Origin: a virus
Reading direction: 5' to 3' (one strand)
IMG/VR virus record: IMGVR_UViG_3300031772_000003
Coordinates: 32,001-96,000 of that record
Length of the DNA: 64,000 bases
Both the position numbers and the translations under genes were made by a program. This document shows positions 55,498-64,000 of the stretch, piece after piece. Position 1 is the first letter of the stretch. Every line of letters starts with the position of its first letter. Below the pieces are notes generated by a model. The model was not told the DNA's origin and did no database searches. It was given only the letters and a program-made list of their open reading frames with translations.

Positions 55498-56241
55498 TGT
55501 GGCTCACCCTCAAAGGGGCCGGGTCTGATCCGTCGCCTCCCCACATCTGCACAAACCCTCATCGCGGGGCACCTTCTCTAGCTTTTCGCCCCTATGGTAG
55601 TGCTCCTCGCAGTGTGTCCACGCGATCCCATCATTGGTCAACACCGCAAGATGAGCAGGTGGAGGGCTTACGAGGATGTAGTCGCTCCGCCGCCCGACAA
55701 GCCCGAAGGCGGGCTCAGCGTCAAGCTCGGCTTGGAGTATGTCGTAATCGGCTTGGGTCGGGGGGTGATCGAGGCCGCAGAGGTGCAGGATCTGAAAGCT
55801 ATGGCTCAGCGCAACGATGCCGTGCTTGGGTTGATCCACCACTTCTATCTCTCCTTCTGACTCACGTCAACGATACAGGCATTGCCGGGGATAGTTGCGT
55901 TCAGCAATGCCTTCTTGCCCCCCTCTGGCCTCCGCCGCTCGATGACATCCTTGAGTTCTTGCAGCACAACATCTGCCTCATTCGGTGCCCGTGCTTCGGT
56001 CTGGGCCGCGATCCTGCGAGCCACGGACCTGCTGGGGCAGGGGGCGAGCCCCAGCGTCTCCAGGGATACCTCAGCCTCGGGGATGCCGGCATGGCGGTCG
56101 AACCACCCCGATACATTAAGGACACCTTTGCGCCGGTCCACGATGATGTTGATCCCCATCGCTCCATTAAAGTGGTCAATGATGACGTGAACGAAGCGGC
56201 GTCCGTTTACCTTGGTCTTGAGGACGTAACTGGGGGGGAGT

Positions 56242-57222
56242 TCAGGTGGCATGCTTTGTCTCTTTCCGCAGGAGATAATCCTCCCCATGCAGCTTGAGGA
56301 TGACCCTACCCACACGCTCATCAAACCGCTCGTGAACAGGTTTGATCACGATGCCCTCGCGCACATGATCGGCACCAGGCATTGTGGTCTTGCCGTTAGC
56401 CAAGGCAGTTAGGTCCGGCGACCAGGGGCCGCGGTAGAGCAAGGGCACCAGGGGTAGCCCGAGCCGCTGCACCAACTCCACCATTGAGTCATAATCAAGG
56501 TAGGTGCGGGTCATTGTGTCCAATGCATCGAACACGGTGAGCAGGTACTCGTCACGACCCGCTCCATACTTGAGGTCCTGCACCTGGCCATAGACCTCGC
56601 CGTAGATGGCAATGTTGGGGGTAGCTTGCAGGCAGTTGGCCAAGGCGTATCGTTCCGCAACTCTCCACCACATGTTGGCGGCATCTTGCTTCTTGATACA
56701 GGTGTGTGAGCCAACCCACAACCTACCATCGCGGTGTAGGAATCTGCTACATGCCCCATGGACTTTCTCGGTGATCACTACCTCCTCCCCAGGCACCAGC
56801 ACCTCACCCCACCTGCGCAGCCCCTCAATGTCGGTGTAGACCGGCAGGAAGCCTGGGTCCTTCTCATTCTCACCCCCCATCGTGGCAGGATCAGGTGGCT
56901 CATACTTAGTAATGCCAAGTATGTCCGCTACATCTTGCCCCTCAATCCATGTGGGTTCAGCAGGGGTCAGCAAGCCCATTGAGAAGATACCGCGAAGCCG
57001 CTTGGCCTTGATCCTGTTGTGTCCGTCAAGGAACGCCCACCTGGGGTCAGCAACGGGGACAAGCGAGTCCACAGGGACGTAGACGGCAAGCCCCCCTTCC
57101 TGGAAGTCACCTGTACGGACAACGAGGGGGTAGTCCCAGACGTGGGTGATCGAGAGGGTATCCGCGTTGGGGTGCTTCATTATGGGGCCAACACGGACGA
57201 CTTGGACGTGGAACTCACTCAT
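56242..57222 (-). CDS. RNA ligase, DRB0094/Rnl2-like, with an N-terminal tRNA-binding OB fold; start revised to ATG 57222
   Basis: HPNADTL, VY.PVDS.VP, RLRGIFSMGL, TEKVHG (motif I), IYGEVYG, REGIVIKP, ILK. Confidence 0.9.
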   Translation of the reverse strand: MSEFHVQVVRVGPIMKHPNADTLSITHVWDYPLVVRTGDFQEGGLAVYVPVDSLVPVADPRWAFLDGHNRIKAKRLRGIFSMGLLTPAEPTWIEGQDVADILGITKYEPPDPATMGGENEKDPGFLPVYTDIEGLRRWGEVLVPGEEVVITEKVHGACSRFLHRDGRLWVGSHTCIKKQDAANMWWRVAERYALANCLQATPNIAIYGEVYGQVQDLKYGAGRDEYLLTVFDALDTMTRTYLDYDSMVELVQRLGLPLVPLLYRGPWSPDLTALANGKTTMPGADHVREGIVIKPVHERFDERVGRVILKLHGEDYLLRKETKHAT

Positions 57223-58448
57223 GATCTGTCTTCGCCAGTTTACGGAGCTTATCCAGTGGTACGTAGTACTCGGGGTAGAGCCCACGTAGCCAATTCTCAA
57301 ATGCGATCAACCCCATGCCCATTGGTAGAACATTATGGCATGCCCTATCAGTTAGATTTGATAGGAACATCATGTCCCGGTAACCCTTGGGAGTATCAGC
57401 GGGGTGGTTTTGGCTCGGCGTCGGTGCTCCTGGGTTGCCAGGATGCCCAGACGGTCCTCTAGCGCCACACTTGCAGCTTCCGTACTTGTGCTTGTAGTCC
57501 ACGTGGCAGATAGGGCAGATGTATGTCCCCGGAGGAGGGGCAGGGTGGGGGGTTAGAATGTCGCCTATGTGCCACTTGACCTCCTCGGCGATGTACTCCC
57601 CAAGCCTGCGGAGCTCATGTGCACGATCCTCCGCGGCTTCGGGCAGCAGGGTAGCAGCCTGCGGAATGGAGAGAGGAGGCGGCGATCCCTGAGAACCTGG
57701 ACGGCCGGCTGGCTTCGGTCCTATCGGAGGCCCGTTCACCCCGCCTTTACACACCAGCCCCTCGGAGAGAGTTGACGGCGGAGGTAATGCGGGATCGGGG
57801 GGCTCGATCCGTTCGGTTGGCGGGGGGTTGTAGCCCCGGCGGGCCTTGCTTTCAGGGCTCTCGGGGTAACTACCGGTCATCGCATGCTTCAGCCACACCT
57901 CACGAACCCGCAGCGCCGCGAGCTTGCCGCGCCTGTCGGCGATGCGCCGCCACACTCTCATGGATAAGCCAAGGGGCTTGTCATGAACAATAGTAACACC
58001 CATCTCGAAATCCTGCGTGGCAGTGACCCGAAGGCTGGAGAGGGTTTCAAGTTCGGTCTCAAGGGCGGCGATCCGCTCCCTGGTGTGGTTGAGACGATGC
58101 TCCAAGAACCAATGGCGCAGACTCATGCCTTGCTCCCTCTATGGGCTTCGCGGACCTTCACCGCCTCGGGGTCGTGCTGCCTGCAATAGGGCTTGCCACC
58201 ACGCTCGACCGCGGCGCTGCGGGGGCAGGGGTGGAAACTCGCCACTGAGGCGAGGCCATCGCCGCGGTCGTGTACCCGCTCACAACACCGTTCTTTCTCA
58301 CTCATCATCACCTGGGTCCTGCACCTCCTCCCTTGCAGCCTCCAAGCATACCTCGCATGCCTCCACCTCAATAGTCGTCCCATCCCGCAGGACCGTGGCC
58401 TGCAAGTTCGCTCCACATCGGCAGACGACATCGACGCTCACCGTGATC

Positions 58449-59762
58449 TCAAGCACGGGCCCTCTCCTTCTCTCCCCAGAAATGATCCAAGGCAACTTGG
58501 GTACACAATTCCTGGAACTGCGCTCCTGTCATGCCCTCCCCCCTTCCCACATGCTCCTTGATCCGTTCGGGGCAATCAGCGAGGATGCGCTGAGCCACCT
58601 GCATCCGCTCCTCGGCCCCCAAAGGGCCCAGAGCTATGATCCGGTCAATTCGACCCGGCCTGGTTGCCCCATTGCCTCCTAAAGCTGGATCGAGCAGATC
58701 GGGCCTGTTCGTCGTGATGATCGTCACGACCCCATCGGAGTTCTCGACGCCGTCGATGACATTGAGCAGCGTATCGAAGCTCACGGGACTGCCAAGCTCC
58801 CCGCCCCTCGTCACGTTCTTCCTGTGCTCAAACGTGGCATCGATGTCCTCGATCAAGGCAATGCAGGGGGTCCTGTTCTTGAGCCAATCCCAGTTGCGTT
58901 GAAGGTCGCGGCTGGAATGGCTCGGCAGGTGCAACACGATGATGGGGAGGTCAAGGGCTTGGCCGATCCCACGGACCAGCGATGTCTTGCCCGTGCCGGG
59001 AGCGCCCTTAATGAGCCAGCCTCGATGCCACGGGATGCCGCGGCTCCTGTGCCAGTCCGCGGCGGCGAGCCACCGCCTCAGTTCAGCCACGGCGGCCCAG
59101 ACCTCAGACGGAAAAGCCAAACGGGCCAGTGGGTCGGCGTCAACCGAAAGAGCCTCCCCCACATCTCCCGCGGCCCATCCCACGAGGTGCTTGTCCCAGA
59201 ACCAAGCTCCATCAGCCGCGGGGGTCTCGGGCTGAGGAGGACCGAAGGATGCCGCGCGCTCCTGCCCATTTCCATCCCCGATGGACCCATAAAGCCTGGA
59301 CACGGTGTACCGCCGGTCCGTGGAGCCTGAGTCCTTGTGGCGATTGTAGTCTTCGACAGCAGCGATCAAAAGAGGCTCAATCCGCATGAAGCCCCGCGGC
59401 ACCAGCAGAACTAGTGCCCCCAACCCCTTCCCCTTCTCGCCGTTGTAGCTAACGTGAAGCGGAACGATACCCCGCCAGAATACTTGGGTGGTTCGCCCCC
59501 GAGCCTCATACGCAACCATCTGCCTCCTCCCCCTGGGCCTGACATGGGGCCAGTAGGCACTGTAGCATCTAGTGGTGCCACGGGTGGCCCTGCACGTCCG
59601 GACCAGATGCCCCACCAAGGCTACACCCAATTGATCCTCAAGTTCAACTCGGATGAGGACGAGGTTCCGGAGCCACGCAAAGAGGGCCTTGACTTGGCCC
59701 AGCAAGGCCCCGAACAGACCCCCTATGGCCCCACCGGCCAAGAAAGATGTGCCCGCATTCAT
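58449..59762 (-). CDS. BCS1-like AAA+ ATPase with N-terminal membrane anchor
   Basis: W..SRGIPW.RGWL..GAPGTGKTS, IEDID, LLNVIDGV, ITTNRPD.LDPAL...RPGRID. Confidence 0.88.
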   Translation of the reverse strand: MNAGTSFLAGGAIGGLFGALLGQVKALFAWLRNLVLIRVELEDQLGVALVGHLVRTCRATRGTTRCYSAYWPHVRPRGRRQMVAYEARGRTTQVFWRGIVPLHVSYNGEKGKGLGALVLLVPRGFMRIEPLLIAAVEDYNRHKDSGSTDRRYTVSRLYGSIGDGNGQERAASFGPPQPETPAADGAWFWDKHLVGWAAGDVGEALSVDADPLARLAFPSEVWAAVAELRRWLAAADWHRSRGIPWHRGWLIKGAPGTGKTSLVRGIGQALDLPIIVLHLPSHSSRDLQRNWDWLKNRTPCIALIEDIDATFEHRKNVTRGGELGSPVSFDTLLNVIDGVENSDGVVTIITTNRPDLLDPALGGNGATRPGRIDRIIALGPLGAEERMQVAQRILADCPERIKEHVGRGEGMTGAQFQELCTQVALDHFWGEKERARA

Positions 59763-61293
59763 CTTGAGCCCCCAACGGGACAATCCACTTCAATAGCACC
59801 CGAGTACAAGAACCTAGCCTTGCCGTCCCAGATACCCGTATACAAGGCCCGCCCCTTCAGTGGTGCGAGCCCCACGTCCTCTAAAAGGACTTCCGCTCCA
59901 ACGGGAATGGAATACAGGAGCAGGGCTGGGGGTGCGCTGACCGTAAGGGACCTGCGCCCCTGAACGTAATGAGGGTAGGGTATCCACCCAGGGTCAGGGA
60001 CGTAGCGCGGCTCCACCACGTCCCCACAACGCAGGCACACCAACTCCACTTCCTCATGTTCGTCCAAGCAGTCCTCGCACCGGTGGGTGTAGCGCCGCTC
60101 ATGACACGACCGCTTGAGTCCCTTGTGGGTATGTACCCTACCGCATCCACAAGTGCCCCGCCACTCCGGATCGGGTATGAGGTCGGGGCCCCTTCTATTG
60201 ATCTCGGCCATTTCTTGTCGTGTCTCCACGACGACACCGGGCGGCATCATCCTCACTTCCCCTTACCATTTTGCATACGGCCACTCCCGCCCCGTCATTC
60301 TCTCATAGCGTAGTCGCGCGCGGCGGCGGGACTCCGGGTGCCAGTACGCCCATTGCCTCGGCGACGGATGAGCGGCGCGGAGGAGGCGCATAAGTTCCTC
60401 ACACGCATAGGTGAGGGCGGCCTGGCCGACGAAGCGTCGAACCCAGTACCGGGCGAAGACCTCGGCCCGGAGATCGCATAGAGCATCAAAACCGGCGAAG
60501 GTCACTTACTCCTCCCCCGGGTCATGTTGTAATTGAACCCACAGCCCGCTCGCCTCCACACCGTGCAGTAGCTCCTCAAGATTATTGTCATTTGTCATCA
60601 GCGGCTCTCCTTGCAGGCACGGCGCAGCCGTGCAAGCTCATCTGTAAGAGCAGCACACTCCGCCGCGGATAGGTGAACCCCGGTCAAGACACACCTGCTG
60701 GGTGCTTCAATACTTTGTTCTGCAGTCTCAAGAGCAGCCATAGAGCATACATGCCCAGCGGTGTAGCAGAACTCTACCCCACAACGGTGACACCGGCCCA
60801 CATCGACTTTTTCCCCGTGGAATCTGTGCGTCTCGAATACGCCCCAGTCCTTCGCCTCAAGGTCAGCCATGCTGAGGCAATAAACTGCACCGTGCCTGCC
60901 GACCTGCTCTGGCTTCGCTGGATCAACCGGCAAGCACCAGCGCAACACGTTGTCCAGCCCGTGGCATAAGACGTTTGTCCATTGGCCTCTACGAACCGCC
61001 ATATCTCTACGCTTGCCCTCTAAGATTGCGTCAGGTAAGTTCATGGCTTCTCTCCTACTTTCTCTGTAGTAGTCGCTTCGCAACCAGGGCATCGAATCTG
61101 CCCACCCTGGGGATGGTCAATTACCCTAGTGCCTTTGCATCGAGGGCCGCCCCCATTCTCTTGTTAATATCGGCGACGGTATCCCACGAGCCCCGTCCCT
61201 CCAAGTATCGCTCGAAATCCAACAAGGCATCCAGTTCCCACTTCAATTTCTTGAAGGTTTCAAGGTGGCTCGGCACAAGTTCAGCCTTGCTGT

Positions 61294-61845
61294 TCAATGC
61301 GGTCTCTCCTTCGGGTAGCCCACCAAGGCCACCTGGTACGTCACGTTCACGGGTGGCCACTCCAAAATGACCCTCACTGATGCCATAGTCGCCGTGACGT
61401 TGACGCCCATGGCCTCGGGGCAGTAGATAACTATGGTACGAGGGGTTTGAGGATAGGGACCAGGAGGCGGGGGCTGATGTACCAGGTGCTTGGGGGCCAA
61501 CCGGATAGCATCTTCCAGGTAGGTTAGGTACTGCCTGACACGAACCTCCTCCTTGAGTTTCTTCCGAGAGCCACTCTGCCAGTAGAGGCAGTTCCTACAC
61601 TGTCTCTCTGTCCAGTTGGGATGCTTGGCTCGCATCTTCTCGACATGGGAGGCAAGATCAAACATGGTCCAGACGGCCCAGATGGGCTTGTCGAGATCCA
61701 GCACATCCCCCAACAGTGGGGCCTGTGGGGGGCATGAGGGACGCTTGCCGTGGTTAGGGCAACCGTACTTATGGCCGGGGTATGGCCTGTAGCAAAGGCC
61801 GCGGACCGAGGAGTCAATGACTGGGATCACGAGTTGGTAGGGCAT
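61294..61845 (-). CDS. DUF2284-like metal-binding protein; start revised to ATG 61845
   Basis: LC..PYPGHKYGCPNHGKRPSCPP...PEAMGVNV..TM. Confidence 0.65.
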   Translation of the reverse strand: MPYQLVIPVIDSSVRGLCYRPYPGHKYGCPNHGKRPSCPPQAPLLGDVLDLDKPIWAVWTMFDLASHVEKMRAKHPNWTERQCRNCLYWQSGSRKKLKEEVRVRQYLTYLEDAIRLAPKHLVHQPPPPGPYPQTPRTIVIYCPEAMGVNVTATMASVRVILEWPPVNVTYQVALVGYPKERPH

Positions 61846-62345
61846 CACACAGCCCCTCCATTTTTCCCGCTTTGTGGCCCGGAGAACGGCAGCAGCGGCG
61901 GGGTGCTGCCGCTCGCAAGCAATTCGGAGATTCCACTGGCCATCCGCTTGCCCACGGTCCCGCCAGTGGGCAGGAGCAGCCACGGAAGGAATGCTTCCCA
62001 AGCCTCCCATATCCCATTCTCAACAGCCTCAAGTTGGGCCTTGAGAAGCAGGAGCAGGACCCGCCATTGCTGGCGGCACTCGCGCTCCCATTCAATCAAA
62101 GCGTCAACCTCGGAGCGGCGTCGCCGCTTGCCGGGGGTGAGGCGGAACCGCTCGGCAGCCGCATCGGGCAGGGTCAGGCTCACCTCCAAGTGGAGACTGC
62201 GGTAGCAGAACTGGACGAAGGCCCGCCGCGACCGCACGCTCTGGCCCACCACGATGTCATCGCAGCCGTACCGGCGCAGCGTCCCCTCGATCTCAATGCG
62301 GGAGCGCTCGACCGAAACATGGGTTGAATTGGCAAAGTGGCTCAT
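61845..62345 (-). CDS. Phage hypothetical protein
   Basis: ST.VSVERSR.EIE.TL.RYG...WR.L.L.LKA.LEAVE.GI...EAFL. Confidence 0.6.
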   Translation of the reverse strand: MSHFANSTHVSVERSRIEIEGTLRRYGCDDIVVGQSVRSRRAFVQFCYRSLHLEVSLTLPDAAAERFRLTPGKRRRRSEVDALIEWERECRQQWRVLLLLLKAQLEAVENGIWEAWEAFLPWLLLPTGGTVGKRMASGISELLASGSTPPLLPFSGPQSGKNGGAV

Positions 62346-64000
62346 TTCACACCCTTCCGGTGAAGCCATCCCGGCTCCATCCGCCAGCGCGAGCAGTTAC
62401 GCCAAGCCGCCTCGGCCCGCCTCTGGGCCCACTCCCGAGACAGGGCATAGCCCCTAATGAGGACGGTGCGGCCCGTCTTGTTCCGCCGCTCCACCAGCCA
62501 GCCCCAGCATTGGTGGTCCCCAGACCACCACGTGATGGCCACAAGACTGCCGGGGCCTCGGGGCTCCTCCTCAACCACGACGTTGGTTCCACGCCCACTG
62601 GTATCGCGCCAGTCCAAGTCCACGTCGCGCTCCGGACCGGCTCAGAGCCCCAAGCCGTCCCTGATCTCCTGGGCCGCCTTGTAGTAGAGTTGCTCGATCA
62701 AGGCGAAGTGGGCCGTATATTTCTCCTCGTTATCAGGATCACCACGGAGGTTATTCACTCGGTCCAGCGCCTCGGCGACCGCCGCGATCTTGAGGGCGTT
62801 GTCGAGGTGACCCCGCTGCACCACAGGGGGGCTGACCGAACCTGTGCCCGATGGGGGCTGTCCGACACCACTTCCATTCGACATCTCAGACGCTCCTTTC
62901 CTTGTGTGGAACAAAAGGCTCACTCCTACATAACACGAAACTGGGAAGCATACAAGTGATCCACCTCGGCTCTTTCCACCCACACGCGCTCCATGCTAGC
63001 CTCCTGCTCTCGAAACTGGCGGTGCAGGGTATCTCTGTGGGTATCTGCCAGAGCCTCTGTGCTACACACGGAGCAAACACATAGGGCATCGAACCCTCTG
63101 CCACCAATCGTACCACGAAAGACGAGCCACACATAGGCAGACTGTCGGCCCTGGTTGAGCACAAGGGGGAGGTTGACATGGGTTGCGCGTTTGGATCTAG
63201 CCACATCTGGCCTCCTTACTAGACGTTACGGTAACGTCCCCTGATCTCCTCGCCGTAGTCATGACCATCCACCCTAATGCCCCTCCGTATCTCGGCCCGC
63301 TTGTGGGCCCCAATAGGAATGTGGGCCGTGGTAGAGTGGGTATGGATGGACCTGCCGCAGATATGGCAGACCCACACAAGGGGCTCGCCCAAACTCTTCC
63401 TGCCGTCTCGGCCCAAGCCATCATGCCTCAATGACTGCTCTCCCTTTCTTAGGAGTCGAGCGGCGACGATGCAGGAGGAACAGGCCGTAGAGACTCGTGG
63501 ATGGAGTCCCGAGAATCGCCACGAGTTCCTCCACGAGCGGGCCGACCCGGGCCCAGCACCGGGGACAGACCCAGATGGAGTCCCCGTCATCTATGGGGAC
63601 CCAGAACCAGCCCGTGGCATCCATTACCGCCCCCACGGCGCAACTGGGGCCGGTCTCGTATGGGTGGGTCGCTCCACAATGACAAATCAGCATCGCTATC
63701 TCCTCACTTCAAGAAGCATGCGCCCCCAGCAATCATCACAGTATCGTCCTGCGGTGAGGCCGTAGCCGCTCCTGGGCTTGCCGGGCTTGTCACATGGCAC
63801 CCACTCCCCCGTGGCAGCACGGACATAACACTGACAGTGGTTGCACCCGCATGGGGTCAACGCTAGGGGCTCACAATGCACGGCGAACTTGGCCATCATC
63901 TATTCCTCGCTCAAGAGGCTTATCGTCAACATCCACAATGACGACCCGGCGTGAGCCAATCATTTTCTTGACACGCTCCTCATCCCCCCACCAGCATTGC

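Noticed and set aside
1-64000. Genome-wide TGA or TAG reassignment
   Set aside because: Many genes end at TGA or TAG with ATGA/TGATG coupling to the next gene, and long genes are uninterrupted. Only isolated in-frame stops were seen (20204, 34006).

Overview
This 64 kb window is part of a GC-rich tailed phage genome, a myovirus with a T4-like head and a contractile tail. Essentially all credible genes are on the minus strand. In transcription order (high to low coordinates), 64-33 kb is an accessory region of small ORFs. It includes six DNA methyltransferase-like genes, two RNA ligases, a B12-binding radical SAM enzyme, a DegT aminotransferase, a glycosyltransferase, HAD and metallo-phosphoesterases and a BCS1-like AAA+ ATPase. 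32.3-27 kb is a cluster of Zn-ribbon-rich, probably capsid-internal proteins with a shared N-terminal motif. Next come the prohead protease/scaffold, major capsid, neck, sheath, tube, chaperones, tape measure and baseplate genes. The late operon ends in two baseplate-wedge paralogues with long CXXX cysteine repeats (one also collagen-like), two glycosyltransferase genes and a radical SAM gene that runs off the left edge. The main candidates for new biology are: (1) a lipoprotein gene with an in-frame UGA followed by a SECIS-like hairpin, i.e. a possible phage selenoprotein; (2) a possible virion post-translational modification module (CXXX-repeat and collagen substrates plus radical SAM and glycosyltransferases); (3) a head-protease-processed polyprotein and internal-protein family; (4) a mini-intein in a baseplate protein; (5) an RBS-occluding hairpin with a -10 box in its loop at the early/late boundary. 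No portal, terminase, polymerase, tRNA or CRISPR was recognised. All family assignments come from motif recognition by eye, not database searches.
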